NCBI GenBank assembly: GCA_951406725.2
Contig: OX597824.1
Location: forward strand, 51,026,001 to 51,090,000
From: Octopus vulgaris
Taxonomy: Eukaryota
Length of the DNA stretch: 64,000 nt
Reading direction: 5' to 3'
Shown here: positions 42,277 through 56,980 of the stretch, piece by piece
Layout: every line of letters begins with the position of its first letter
Position numbering within the stretch: the stretch's first letter is position 1
Notes under the pieces: generated by a model
Told to the model about the DNA's origin: nothing
Database searches by the model: none
Seen by the model: the letters and a program-made list of their open reading frames with translations, nothing else
Position numbers and translations under genes: made by a program

Positions 42277-43156
42277 ATGGTGGTGGTTGGAATACGAGAT
42301 TTAAGAGAAGCGGGAGAGCTGCATTATTGTGGTGGCAGAGTTTCGAGAAAGGTGTCGCAGGAGAGTGACCGGATCGTTAGATACACACATAACGAGTAAA
42401 AAAAATACATTAAAAAAATAAGCAAAAGATGAAAAAAAAAACGTTTATAAAAGCGGAGATGGGATGGATGGAGACTGACTGAAGCGGGAGCGGTAGGGGT
42501 AAGGAAGCGAGATGGAAGAGGTAGCGGGAACAGACGAAATTGCAAGGCGAGTCAAACTGCGAGGCGGAAATCTATTCACAGAATGACCATAACGACAGAA
42601 ATAACAATAAAAAAACATAATAGATAAAAAAGATAACAGTTATTCAAAGAAACACTAAACATGGTGTTGATTAGTTTCATCACTTTTCTGCATCTCGTTT
42701 CTTTCGTTTTTCTTTTTCTTCTTTTTTGTAACTTTTTTGTCTGTTATTTTCTTTTCTTATATTTTCGTCTTTTATTATCCTTTTTCTTTCCTTTCTTAAA
42801 CATTCTTCTACTATAACAACACTACACAATTTCATTTCATTACCATATTCTCCAACTCCCCCTCACTCACTCTCTCTCACACTTTCTCTCTTTCTCTTAC
42901 TCTCTCAATGCACACAACCACACACACACAAACGCGTATTTTAGGTGTATATATAGTCATTTGTTTCTTATTCTTTATTCTTTATTATTATTATGTTGGT
43001 TAAGTCGTTAGAGCGTCGGCAAATACGTTGTGAGTTCAAATCCCCTCAAAGTAACTTTTGATTTACATCCCTCAGAGTCGTTAAATTAAAGAGCAAGTCT
43101 AGAAGTGAGGTCGATGTACTTGACTAATACCTTCCTTTCATAAATTACTGGTCTTG

Positions 43157-44352
43157 CGCTTGCTTCCCAACCACCTGGTTCCGGGTGCAGTCCCACTGCA
43201 TGATACCTTGGGCAAGTGTCTTCTGCTGTAGCCTCGGGCCTATCAAAGCTTGTCAGTGGATTTGGCAGAGACGGAAACTGAAAGAAGCCCGTCTTGATGG
43301 GTTCTCCAAAAGTAACCGGAAATGTTCTCTGTGAGACAAGCCCGTTGTAGTTCAGGCTTCCGCCGCTAGAAGCCACTTGATGCGACCCTCAGGCATCATT
43401 CTGCTGACCGGCGTCGTCACTGAAGTCGTATTGCCACGTGGTGCGTCTTTGTTTTGCAATGCTTCTCTCCTGTTCGTCGACTTTTGAGATGGCTAAAACG
43501 AAGAAACAGCTTTCTTTGAAATTGTATTCTGCTTGAGAAAACGGCGGCCAAAACAGTTGTCAACTTCAAACAGCTTATAAGGCCACTTGTCGCTTGAAGA
43601 CCAATCTCGCTCAGGGCGACTGTCGACATCCCTAACGAATGAAAACATCATGAAAATTCATGAACTGATCTTGGAGGCCCGTCACCAAACATTTGACGAA
43701 CTTTTTGATATGGCTGGTATATCCTGGAGCTCCTCACAACGAACTTTAAGCGAGGAATTACGAATGAAAATAATTGCAGCAAAATTTGTGTCCCGCTTGC
43801 TCACGGAAGATCAAAAGCAATCACGACTGAATGCGTGTCTTGAACTGAAAGAACAGTTGAAAGTTGATCCGGACCTTTTTTCGAAGGTCATCACTGGTGA
43901 TGAAAGGTGGTGATACGGAATTTGCAGATGTGAAAGAGGTGAAGAAAAAAAACGACTGCTTCGAATAGTGGAAAAAGCGACTGGACCGATGCATTGCTTC
44001 AAATGCAGAATTCTTTGAAAGCGATAAAATGTGTGCACATGTAAAATAAAGTGAATAAAATATATTACAAAATTCCGGTTTCTTTTGGGCCCCTCCTCGT
44101 ATATATATATACTTGTGTGTGTGCGTATGTGTTTTGTGTTTGTAACCTCACCTCGCTTGACAACCAATGTTGGTGTGTGTACGTACTCATAACTTAACGG
44201 TTTGGCAAAACAGGAACGATGGAGTAAGTACCAGGTTTAAGAGAAAAGTAAGTACTGAGGTCGATTTATTCGACTAAAAAATTCTTCAAGACGGTGCCCC
44301 AGCATGGCCGCAGTCTAATGATTGTAACAAGTAAAAAACAAAAGCTAAAAGA
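43157..44352 (+). mobile_element. SINE family B split by a mariner insertion at its internal microsatellite position
   Basis: 5' half 43157-43293; 3' half 44100-44352. Confidence 0.85.
43295..44099 (+). mobile_element. Internally deleted mariner transposon
   Basis: Imperfect TIRs CCAAAAGTAACCGGAA / TTCCGGTTTCTTTTGG..CTCG|TA; peptide LEDQSRSGR..AAKFVSRLLT..VITGDERW jumps directly to the C-terminal WKKRLDRCIAS. Confidence 0.9.
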
Positions 44353-44651
44353 TCAAATAATTATACCAGTTTCTGCGATTCAACTGCAGCTATATTGGAA
44401 CACGTGCTTTGAAAGGCCAACGAGGGAGAGTCTATGCGGTCGGTTCACCTGACAGAAATAGCAATCAAATCACAATTAACTCTTTAAGCTCGAACTATCG
44501 ATTACGAAAAATCTGACGCATTGATAATGAAAGCTTGGTTGCAATATATCTTTAGAAAAAGACAGGATGGTCAACTCTGGAACGTCTTCGATTCTTCCAA
44601 CGGGGTGAATCAACCCCAGTATTTTTTTTTTTTCAGGCTTGGTACTTATTC

Positions 44652-44883
44652 TTATTTCTTTATTGCCCACAAGGAGCTAAACATAGAGGGGACAAACAAG
44701 GACAGACAAAGGGATTAAGTCGATTACATCGAACCCAGTACGTAACTGTTACTTAATTTATCTAACCCGAAAGGATGAAAGGCAAAGTCAACCTCGGCGG
44801 AATTTGAACTCAGAACGTAACGGCAAACGAAATGCTGCTAAGCATTTCGCCCGGCGTGCGAACGTTTCTGCCAGTTCGCCGCT
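44652..44883 (-). mobile_element. SINE family A (alternative 3' tail)
   Basis: Family consensus with the ACAAACAAGGACAGACAAA tail segment. Confidence 0.88.
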
Positions 44884-45572
44884 TGGTTCTTATTCTGTCA
44901 TCCCCTTTTTGCCGAACCGCTAATTTACGGTAACGTATAAGTCGACTCTACCAGGGTAGGCTGGGGTTAAGATTCAACTGCAGTGTCAACCATTTTCACA
45001 TGTTTTAATCGTTTGTATCAATCACAGTACTTCATCTAGTGGTTGTTTATTGATCATATGTTGGATGGAAGACAACCTAGACACAAAGGTACATAACTCA
45101 TAGAGAACTATATAAAGCTGAGTAGTTTTGTTCGACGATCCGATTTTGTTCAGTCGACACTGACATGTACGTGTGCAGAGGTGAGGGTGGGTCTGGGGTG
45201 GAGTTGTACGACGTGCTTTCGGACATTTACAGTCAACCAAATTATATAAACCGCATCGAAAGGTAATTGCTCAATATGTCATGCATTCAGAATTCACATC
45301 ATTGTAGAGCTAACCTTTTAATCAGAGTGCTACGCGTACATCAACATGTGTAGGCATGTGTGGGTGGGTGGGTGTATGTGTGTGTGTGCATATGAATATG
45401 TTATTAATACATGTATATTAATATGTACGTATATACACACACACATCTCTATATATAGAAAGAGAGAGGGGAGAGAAAGAGAGAGAGAATAAAATGATTT
45501 GATTCATAAACTTCCTGAGGTAGGCAGATAATATAAAGTCGGACAGACAGATATTTATATGTGTGTATATGC

Positions 45573-45645
<73 letters not shown>

Positions 45646-45664
45646 CCTATCTATCTATCTATTT

Positions 45665-45718
<54 letters not shown>

Positions 45719-45762
45719 GCAGACATACATATATATGTATGTAGGTAAATATATACATATAA

Positions 45763-45805
<43 letters not shown>

Positions 45806-45904
45806 ATATATATATATATATATATATATATTCATATATGCACAGAAAGAAAGAAATAGATACACAGTTTGACAGGGAGATGGATGATTATATAGATGAA
45901 TTTT

Positions 45905-45942
<38 letters not shown>

Positions 45943-45954
45943 TAGATGAATTTT

Positions 45955-46029
<75 letters not shown>

Positions 46030-46307
46030 GTGAATATTTTAATAAAATGGTTATGTTGTGGAGTCAATTTTAGAAAGATCACAGTTCATTACAGATCATT
46101 TATGTGATTTCATATTAGATAAAATCAGTGAAGAAATTACATGGCAAATTTGTGCATCGTTACTAAAAAAAAATAGCTGTTATTGTTATCAAAATGATTT
46201 TTATATAAGAAATCAATATTTTATAAATACCGGATATCATTATCATCAATATAATCACCATCACATTGTTGTTGTTGCTGTTAATTCTGTTGATGTTGTT
46301 GTTGTTG

Positions 46308-46375
<68 letters not shown>

Positions 46376-47534
46376 TGCATTGATAACTTGATAAATAATA
46401 TTCAAATTAAGAAAAATAGAATGAAAGTAATATAACAAAGAAGTAATTGTGAATAATGAATGAACAGAAAGAAGTCAACAAAACAGAATGAAAAAAGAAA
46501 GAAGAAGCAAAGAATGAGAGAAGGGGGAAAGAGATAAAGGCGAGAGAGAGGGGAGAGAGAAAATAAGTGTAAGAGGAGATGGAGACACTTTCGAAATCCG
46601 TTTACTTTGTCGTGTCGCCTCGATCTGTATAAAAGCTGTCAGTAAAACACTTGTAATTGCGAGATGATAGAATATACTTGATTATTGTCTAATGCTTAAT
46701 TATGTCATTTATATCTTGTACTCGATTCGGGGTTTTCCTCGTACAACTCTGGACAAAAATGTGTAATTTAAAGAAAAATACAAAACAAAACTGCTATGCG
46801 GAGAAAATTTAAAACACTGTTCAAATGACAGATACGAGATTTTCAATAAATGCAGATACTTCAGAAAATTCCTTTTAGAAAACAGGAAAAAACACAAGAA
46901 GACTATATTATGATACATATTATGAAAACACGTGCGCGTACACATACACACACACACACAAACAAACAAATAAGCATTCAAGCATACAAACACACACCCA
47001 TTTGTATAAAACATGCCAAAGTTGAAGAACGTCAATATGTGGTACCCTAAATGCCTCATAAACACTGTCATGCAATCCTTATTTAGTTACTTGCCAACCC
47101 ATTATTAAAAGTATTGCGGGTTTTACCAAGGGGCTGTGCTCCCATTGAGTGCGTTGCACCAGGGAAACACTTTATTCATAAGATCTTGTCTAAAACGGTA
47201 AGGTGTGGTGTAAAGGGAGATTTAGCTGCTATTTCTAGAACATCGAAGAACTGTGTACGGACCCTCTCAATTGTTCGACATATAAAAATTGCTATGTTGT
47301 CAAATATAGAGTTTTGTGGCAAGAAAGTAAGTTAACTCTTGCTGTTCACTCCAATAATTAATTGAAAACCTGTGTACTTCGTATGATATGAAGCTATCTT
47401 TTCCTGAAAGGCTTCCAGCTTGTATAGAATAGTTTCACAGACATTAGGAATTAAATTATATAATTGTAGTAAAGAATTGGGCAAATGGTACTCAATAACG
47501 TAAAGTAGAGGCAATGGGCATCTTTTAAACTTTT

Positions 47535-47700
47535 ATCTTTTATTTGCTTCAGTTATTAGAAAGTAGTCATGCTGCAGCACCACATTGAAGACGTTTAGTC
47601 GAATAGATCGAACCCAGTGCTTATTTTTTTAAAGCCTGGTACTTATTCCATCGTACTCTTTTGTCGAACTGCTAAGTAACGGAGACGTAAACACACCGAC
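47535..47700 (-). mobile_element. SINE family B, 3' half
   Basis: Reverse complement of the family B tail. Confidence 0.75.
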
Positions 47701-47719
47701 AAAGACACGCGCGTGCGCG

Positions 47720-47762
<43 letters not shown>

Positions 47763-47807
47763 AAGCAAGTCAAGATAGAAAATGCTAAAATAATTTTATA
47801 AAGAACA

Positions 47808-47850
47808 TTTCAGTTCCAGGTTCGGTCATTTGAGACCTTTTCAACTGTAA
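47808..47850 (-). ncRNA. Decayed minimal hammerhead with U3-A8 core in a (TA)n-abutting cassette (from ~47759)
   Basis: Minus strand TTACAG-TTGAAAA-GGTC tcaaat GACC-GAAC-CTGG-AA-CTGAAA. Confidence 0.55.
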
Positions 47851-48714
47851 CAATTAAAAAATTAAATTTAGAAAAATTAAAAGAAAAGTTTTTTTAAAAG
47901 AATATTTGTATAGTGTTCAAATATAAGTGGCATTTTCCTTGTTTCTGCCTTTCTCTGTCTCTCTTGTTTACTCTTGTGGGTTCAAGGTCCATGTGAATTC
48001 ATCAAGTTAGATCTATCAGTCATATCTTCTTCCTTCATATCTAACCCTACAGTCTTCAGAAGCGTGCGGTCTGGATAGATATAAGCCATATCTGTAAACG
48101 AAAGATAAATAATGGTCACCATTGGAACGACTCCAGTCATACATCTTCTTGATCAGAGCTGATCTCTTAAATGAGCGGCAGCAGTGGTAGCAGCAGTAGC
48201 GGTAGCAGCAGCAGCGGCCACGACACTAAATATTCATTCTGTCGAAGAAAATGCTATTTTATTGCGAATAACAATAGCAATAACAATATCAGCAGCGGGA
48301 TCAGCAGCAGTAGCAAATTCAACGTGGTCCAATTTGCCTTTAAGGACAATGGAAGAAAAATGTCACCGGATACAGGGCTTATAATGTGAGATTGCTTTTT
48401 CTTATAATTTTCCCCACGGGGTCAGTCAGCCTTCCCGCTTTCCTCCTTGTGCGAAACTAAAGCAGGAGTGTAGAATGTTGTGCAAAAACCACTGCAGGGA
48501 TCCTCTTTCTCTCCTGAGTTATTCGTCAATTTTTCTTTATCATATTCTCTGACCTGGGTCCAGCCTCTGAACATGAACGAGCTGCTAGCAACTTCCGCCG
48601 CAATATTAGTAGCGCGAACATTGCAGCATCAACAATAGACAACTGATCGTTAATGATCACCATATATGGCCTACTTTTGACGATCAACCGGAAGTGCTAT
48701 CAGTTGTTAATATG

Positions 48715-48778
<64 letters not shown>

Positions 48779-48801
48779 GCACATACACACACGCACACAC
48801 A

Positions 48802-48859
<58 letters not shown>

Positions 48860-48990
48860 CATACTTATAACCGCACAGTCTTGATCCCACATTCTTTAAC
48901 CACTTTTCTTTCGTTCTGTCTTTCCCTCTCTCGCGCGCTCTCACTCTTACTTTCACTGACGTATTTTCCCTCTCTCTCACACTGGGGCTC

Positions 48991-49144
<154 letters not shown>

Positions 49145-49183
49145 TATATGTGTATATATATACCTCTTTCTCTCTGTCTGCAT

Positions 49184-49223
<40 letters not shown>

Positions 49224-49383
49224 GACAGAGAGAAAGAGGTACATACATGCATGCAGACAGACAGATATGCACACACAGAAAGTGTGAGTGAGACAGAGAG
49301 GGGACAGAGAGTAGTTAATGAGAATGTCACAAGATTACAAAAGTATGTATAAAAGCTTATGCGCACATATAAATAAATATATT

Positions 49384-49432
<49 letters not shown>

Positions 49433-49528
49433 ATATATAGGGGAGAATTCACAAAAAAACAAAAGACGAAGACAGGTGGTGTAGACAACAAACAGATGTA
49501 TTAGTATAACGCTCGAGAAGTGAAAAGT

Positions 49529-49564
49529 GTTTAACGTTTCGCGCCTACGTTCTTCCAGAGAAAG
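49529..49564 (-). ncRNA. Decayed hammerhead-like motif in a (TA)n-flanked cassette (49440-49630)
   Basis: Minus strand CTTT-CTCTGGA-A-GAAC gtag GCGC-GAAA-CG-TT-AAAC; same layout as the 11890/34074 motif. Confidence 0.45.
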
Positions 49565-49628
49565 GAACACAGAAAGGAACAAGGAGAGAAAATAAAGAAT
49601 GTGTAGTGGCTAGCGGTCTATCATGCCG

Positions 49629-49677
<49 letters not shown>

Positions 49678-49847
49678 TATAATTAAGGGTTTAGCAAAAG
49701 GTTGCTTCACCACATACAGAAGTTTTGAAATAGCAGTCGAAACCGCCAATTCTTTTAACTACAATATAACTCCGCAGACAGCAATACTCGTAACACCACA
49801 TAGGCAAAAAGAAGAAAAAATAACGAAATCAAGCAGTCATTCGATTA

Positions 49848-49904
49848 ATCATGTACGCGTTTCAGGATTAGAATTGTAAAATTCATTTTCTTCATCAGAT
49901 CTTG
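49848..49904 (-). ncRNA. Minimal hammerhead with intact core and eroded stems, in cassette 49680-49910
   Basis: Minus strand ..CTGATGA-AG..GAATT ttac AATTC..CT-GAAA-CGCG-TA-CATGAT. Confidence 0.62.
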
Positions 49905-49915
49905 ACACTTTTTTA

Positions 49916-50009
<94 letters not shown>

Positions 50010-50019
50010 CATACATACA

Positions 50020-50051
<32 letters not shown>

Positions 50052-50069
50052 AACATACATATCTTTTTA

Positions 50070-50280
50070 TATTTTACTTGTTTCAGTCATTTAACTGTCG
50101 CCAAGCTGGGGGCCTTAAAGGTTTTAGTCAAACAAATCGATCATCGGACTTATTTTTTTAAGCCTAGTATTTATTCTATCGGTCTCTTTTGCAGAACTGT
50201 TAAGGTTACAGGGGCGTAAACATACCAACACCGGTTGTCAAGCAGTGGTGAGGGAGAAGCACACACACACACACACATTC

Positions 50281-50324
<44 letters not shown>

Positions 50325-50398
50325 GACGGGCCTCTATCTGTTTCCCTCAACCAGATTCGCTCACAAGGGTTTGGTCGGCCCAAGTCTATAGTAGAACA
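50070..50398 (-). mobile_element. SINE family B, head replaced by the adjacent LINE
   Basis: Family consensus ends at ..CTATAGTAGAA. Confidence 0.8.
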
Positions 50399-50399
50399 G

Positions 50400-53300
50400 A
50401 CATACGTAAGGCGCTGGAGAGGAAAAAGAAACGGACATCATGTATGTACATGACTGGCCGAAGCTTAAAAAGGCACATCTAAACAATGAAAGTTCATGTT
50501 GATAATGAAGTAAATGACAAAAAGGACTCTGGAACATTTTGTTCTGTGGTCTGGCCCGGCAGGTGTCCTAGGACACCACAGCCTGGATCCGGTCGTCATT
50601 CTGCAACTGTGAGCAAATTCAAGTTAAGATGCAAGCCTATGAGTATAGGATGTTGGAATGTTCGAACGTTATTAGACAATGATTGTCTGAAATCTGGTCC
50701 AGAGAGAAGATCCGCGCTTGTTGCAAAAGAGTTACAGAGATATGATATGGATGTTGTAGCATTAGCTGAAACAAGAAGTCATGGAAAGGGAAATTTCGTA
50801 GATAAATCTGCTGGGTATCATTTCTTTTGGTGTGGTAGAGAGGAAACCTATAAGAGAGAATCAGGAGTGGGATTTGCAATCAAAACCACTCTGGCTTCAA
50901 AACTTGTTGAACTATCATGTTTTCATTTGGATCGTTTAATGCCTTTAAGGCTGCCATTAAGATCGCTATGCAACACTCATAAGTGCATATGCTCAAACTA
51001 TGAATTCATCAGAGGATGATAAACTTGCCTTCTATTTGTCACTTACAGAGATCATGCGCAAAGTTGTCATTTTGGGTGGTTTTAATGCTCGCGTTGGTGC
51101 AGATTGGGAGACTTAGAGTGTCCTAGGAAAGCATGGGGTTGGGAATCCCAACAGTAATGGTTTGCTACTGTTACAAATGTGCGTAGAAATAGATTTGTGT
51201 GTCATGAATACAGTGTTTCAACTAAAGAATAAGTATAAAACGACATGTATGCACCCTGGTTCTAAGAAATGGCATCTTATAGATTACATCCTCACCAGGA
51301 AACGAGTGACTAGGGACTTTGCTATTGTACGAGTGATGCATGGTGCAGAGTGCTGGACTGATCATAGGCTTTTGCGTGCCAAGGTGAATTTTGCCTAAGG
51401 TTAAAGCAAATAATGTCAAATTACCCAAACGGATTGATGTGAATAAGTTTAAGATTCTGTTAGTATGCAGTGAGTTTGTGAGTGAGATAAATAACTTGTC
51501 CTTTGATGGAAGCTGAAAGTCATTCAAAGAAAGAGTGTACGAGAGTTGTAGTAACATTCTTGGCTTTGTTGCAAAAACACACCTAGATTGGTTTGGCAAT
51601 AATGATGAAGAAGTTAATCTTATTTTAGAGGAGAAGCGAAAGGCATTTAACATGCTGCAAAATGTTGACATGTCAACGAACATGACAGTGGCTACATATC
51701 TCAAGGCAGTAAAAGCAACAGTGCAGAGGAATCTACGGATGATGCAGGAAAATTGGTAGAGTGATGGATGCGATAAAATCCAAGAAGTCTCAAATGCTAC
51801 CAATTCCAAACTATTTACTCTCTCTTGAAAAAAGTTTATGGACCAGTTTCATCAAAGGTTACACCACTTCGGAGCAAGGATGGCACAAATTATTAACAAA
51901 TCCTAAAGATATTGTTGGTAGATGGAAAGAACATTTTGAGGAGTTGCTCAATAGACCCACTAAAGTTGATCTCTCTTTTCTTGATAATATATCCGAGAGA
52001 CCAATAAAACATAGCAGAAATTCCAAACCTGGCTGAAATAAAAGCAGCGATCAGGAAATTGAACAAAGGAAAGGCCCCTGGTATGGATGGACTTGGTGCA
52101 GAGATATATAAATATGGTGGTGATCATCTTTGTGCAATGTTGACGGGTGTGATTCAGAGGGTTTGGCAAAGTGAAGAGGTTCCTCCGGATTGGTGTGATG
52201 CAACTTTGGAGATATATAAATCTAAAAGTGGAAAGGATGTCTGTGATAATTATCGCGGCATCTATCTGTTAGCTGTTGCTGGAAAGGTCCTCTGTAGGGT
52301 AATGCTGGATAGATTGCTTCTGCACATTGCTGATGAGGTTCTACCAGAATCGCAATGTGGGTTTAGCGATAGTAAGAGTACTATGGATATGATATTTTCG
52401 GCTAGACAGTTGCAAGCGAAGTGCATCGAGCAGGATATGGACTTATACCAGGTTTTCATTGATCTAACAAAAGCGTTTGATTCTATCAATAGAATTTCAC
52501 TTTGGGAGATCCTAAAAAAGCTAGGATGCCCTGAAAAATTTGCGAGAATACTTAGACAATTTCATGACAAGATGGAAGTGAGAGTTAATGTTGGAGGTAC
52601 CTTATCAGATCCGATCTTTGTAGAAAATGGTGTAAAGCAAGGTGATATTCCTGCTCCTACACTGTTTGCTATATATTTCGCAATAGTCTTTCAAATAGCT
52701 TTTAAAGATTGCCCTAAAGGAGTCTATAAAAGATAGAGGACAACAGGAAAACTGTTTAATCTCAAAAGACTCCGTACCAAAACGCAAGTTCTGCATTCTC
52801 ACCTTGTTGAGTTTCTGTATGCAGATGATTGTGACCTATTGGCACATTCTCAGAAAGATATGCAGCACATGGTGAATGCGATTTCTGCAGCATGTGCAGC
52901 ATTGGGTCTAACAATCAATCTAAAAAGAAAACTGTTATAATGTACCAGCCCGCTTCCTCCAAGATGTATGTGGAACCTTTTATAACTGTAAATAGTCAAA
53001 GGTTGGAGACTGTGCCTAGATTTATTTATTTAGGAAGTACCTTGAGCACTGCTGGTCTTGATGGTGAAATTTCATACAGAATCAGCAGGGCTAGTAGTGC
53101 TTTTGATAGGCTTGATAGGTATCTCTGGAAACAACATAATATATCTTCAAGAATTAAAGTGAAGGTGTATAACACATGCGTCCTCCCATCTTTGCTATAT
53201 GGAAGTGAGGCATGGGTTGTTTACCGTAGGCATTTAAGGCAGTTGGAACGATTTCATTAATACTGTCTGAGAAAAATTTGGGAGATAAGCTGGAAAATGT

Positions 53301-54010
53301 AATGTGGGGGTGCTTGAGAAGAGTGGCAGTTGTATAGAGTCAATGATTTTGCAAAGACGTTTGAGGTGGGGGAGGGCATTTGGTAAGAATGAGTGATGAG
53401 CGACTGCCCAAGCAGCTATTGTATGGTGAGCTGGAAGATGGCAGGAGACCAGCGCATAAGCCTAAACTAATAAAGACAGGAATTGAAGCTGGTAATTGGA
53501 AGGGGGAGGCACAAGACCGTGATGGATGGAGGAAGATAGTGCATGATGGTTGTTCAAGGTTTGAGAGGGAGAGAGTGAAGTATGAGAGAATTAGGAGGGG
53601 GCTTAGAAGTGGGGAACCTGTGGAAAGTGAGAGAGTGTTGCTTTTTATATGTGTGGTTTGTGGGCAGATGTGTTTGAGTCGTGCAAGCCTGTTGAGCCAT
53701 CAACATTCTCATAGAAATCGGCCCATGATAAAAAAAGATGCAGCTATTAAAATTCATAACAGAACGTGTGTAAAATGTGGAAGGGCGTGCCTCTCAGTTG
53801 GAGGTCTAAAATGATATGTTAAGAGAGTGCATATGGTGGCACCTGTTGCTCCTGCCAGCCAGCACAGTTGTCTAGTGTGTAATAAAATGTGTAAAAGCTT
53901 GACCGGGCTTAAAAGTCATATAAGGGCATTACATGGCAACAATCATGAATAATTTCAGTAGGTCTTCTTGGCAATGGCTTTTCTCATGTAACGAGGATGC
54001 AGCTGTTATA
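50400..54010 (+). mobile_element. RTE-clade LINE, near full length but inactivated (APE endonuclease, RT, C-terminal C2H2-like fingers)
   Basis: SIGCWNVRTL (from 50639), ALAETR, GVGFAI, HLIDYI, TDHRLL; KAPGMDG, NYRGI, LPESQCGF, FIDLTKAFDSI, GVKQG, YADD (52818-52829), YLGS, LLYGSEAW, RLPKQLLYGEL; many stops and frameshifts. Confidence 0.95.
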
Positions 54011-55278
54011 TCATTCAAATACAGTAGTAGTTGAATAATATACTTAAGGCTGTAATTTACTAACACGCAGCATTTTTCAGTTCTTAAAAACCAAATTAAA
54101 AACTGTTAATAATTTTGAAGAGGACTGGTCCCTAGCTACATTTTGGCATAACAAAATTGAGATTTGGTCCAGTAGAAAAAAGCTTACATCAAAATTTGTA
54201 GTAACGTTATAGGAGAGTAAGTAATGCCACCAATCAAGCACAGTTCTAAATAACATTTTTATTTTAAAAGCAAAATATATTTATCTTACCTTCAATGATA
54301 GAAGAAAGCATGAAGAATTTCAGAGTTTTGGCCTCATACAATAAAAAATTATATCAAAAAAGTTTTTAGGTAAAATATCATGAAAATAAATAAGGCAAAA
54401 ATTTTATTCAAGTGTGAATATAGTTCTATAAGGGACTTTTAATATATGCCACCGGCATCATCGAGGTAAGGAAAAAAAATATCAATGATACCTCTAATTG
54501 ACACATTCGACACACTATTAATTAGCATAATAGCATAGCCTAGAAAAACATGGATTACATGGAAAAATGTGAGCAAGGAAAATAATATTCTTAAGATTAT
54601 AAAACTGGAGGACAAGTTATGACACTTGGAAAAGTTCAGGACAAGTTATTATATCTGGTAAAGTACAGAGCAAGAAATTTTTTACTTAAAATATTACAGC
54701 TAAGGATAAAATTTGAATATTAAAAATTATTTGATTTTAAATTACAAAGTAATATTATAATTAAAAAAGGAACCATCGTTTTGTTAAAATATTGACACAC
54801 TAGAATTCTTAAAAAATGAGGACCAGAAGCACCAATATAGCTAAAGTTTTATGAAAAGTAGAATAGTATATATGGTAAGCAAATTCATTATGTAAAAAAT
54901 AGGCATTGAGTCAAGACTAAAAATGTGAAGACTTGGCAATAACTTAGGCAATAACTCAAGCAAATTTTACTATGGGTTTGTTGTTATAAGTAGATTTTAC
55001 TGTAATATATAACTAATTTTTATATTATTTTATTCATTGTACTAAATAATTATGTACTACTTTTATTTTTTATAACCTATTTTCAAATTTCTAATTATTA
55101 ATTAATAATTTTAAAAATGAATGTTTTTAAAGTGCAAAAAATATTTTGAGTTATTTTTTAAAATTTTTAATGGAAGTAACAAGTAATAACAAATAGAAGT
55201 AATAACTTGTAATAAAATTTTTAGTTTTAATGAAAGCTAATATTTTCTAGATCTAAATATTTTATTTGAAAATTTATC

Positions 55279-55316
55279 CTTGGTCAGATGTTTAACAAAT
55301 TGACCAGGCACAACAT

Positions 55317-55361
<45 letters not shown>

Positions 55362-55589
55362 AACACACATACATATATATAAAAATGGTAGTACAGAGCT
55401 ATTACACTTGAAAGGTTCAAGACAGTTATTATTTCAAAAGAACAAGAAAATTTTACTTAAACTATTGTAGTTAGCTACAATAGTTTAAGTAAAAGTTTTC
55501 TTGTTCTGTACTTACCAGAAAAATAACTTGTCTTGAACCTTCCAGTATAGCTTGTCCTTACTTTACCATTTTTTATATATGTATGTGTG

Positions 55590-55672
<83 letters not shown>

Positions 55673-55706
55673 TGTGCCTGGTCAATTTGTTAAACATCTA
55701 ACCAAG
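55279..55706. repeat. Imperfect ~430-bp palindrome centred near 55471
   Basis: CTATTGTAG-ttag-CTACAATAG centre; outer arms TTGGTCAGATGTTTAACAAATTGACCAGGCACAACATA / TATGTTGTGCCTGGTCAATTTGTTAAACATCTAACCAA; microsatellites are mirrored. Confidence 0.88.
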
Positions 55707-55953
55707 TAACTAATCGATCGTACGTTTAATGTATTGGTTAAGCAATTTATCAGTTGTTTATATGACTGGCTTCCCTACCACTCGTTCCCAAGTTTGCAGA
55801 TCTTGGAGTAAGCGGGAGGGAAGTCACCGAGTCACTGGGAAGCTGCGAATAGCGACGAATTAACTTTTACTAATAAACAAACAAACAACCGATCGATTGT
55901 TTAACCAACACTTTAAACAAAACGATCGATTAGTTAGTTGGTTTGATATTTAA
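55690..55953. mobile_element. MITE-like element with ~57-bp imperfect terminal inverted repeats
   Basis: TTAAACATCTAACCAAGTAACTAATCGATCGT.. vs ..ACGATCGATTAGTTAGTTGGTTTGATATTTAA. Confidence 0.55.
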
Positions 55954-56163
55954 CCAACAATAAAGAAGTGGAATTGTACCTGTGCACGTGTTATTATTCC
56001 TGGCGAAATTATACTCTTAAGGCACAACAAAATTTGTTTCAACACACGAATTCATATAAACGATCTTGCAAAGCAGATACGAAAAGAAATATATCTACAT
56101 ACATTCAGAGAGAAAAACAGACAGATAAATATTTAGATAGATAGATAGATAGACAGACAGACT

Positions 56164-56266
<103 letters not shown>

Positions 56267-56980
56267 ACAAGAACACACACACATATATGTACATACATAT
56301 ATGTGTAAGTGCATGCAAGTTTAACTTTATGAATACATACATACACATACACGCAGATATACGGGGGGGGGAGAAAACATCGAAAGCCAGAGAGAGAGAG
56401 TGGTGGAGAGTGAGAAAGCGGGAGAGGGGAAGTTAGTAGACTGACTAGCATTGAACAGAATCAGTAACGGAACCAAGCGGGCCTCCGGTATAACAGCAAG
56501 TTCGGCTTTTCTTTTGTCATTGAATATGTCAAACAGTTGAATGATAACATTTTCCCAACACCGCCCATGAACTTCCGCGCTTTTGCACAGCAAATGATAA
56601 ATAAATATACAATAAATATAATGAAAACAATGAAAGGCAGAAAAATCGAAGATAAATCTCTTTTTGCCATGAGGAATTTGACAACCAAATAACCCTTACT
56701 AATTCCTTTCTTTTTACATACGAATGAAATTGTGAGAAGTTCAATTTTAATAAATGCTACAAATTTTTCCTCTTCTTTTACCATGTACACAGACTCATCA
56801 TTAACACCTATAATATTGATTTCAAATTTTGGCACAAGGCCTTCAATTTCAGAGAAAAGGTTAAGTCGATTACATTAACCCCAGTATTCAACTGGTACTT
56901 AATTTATCAATCCCGAAAGGAGGAAAGGCAGAATCGACCTCGGCGGAATTTGAATTCAAAAAGTAAAGACGGACGAAATA

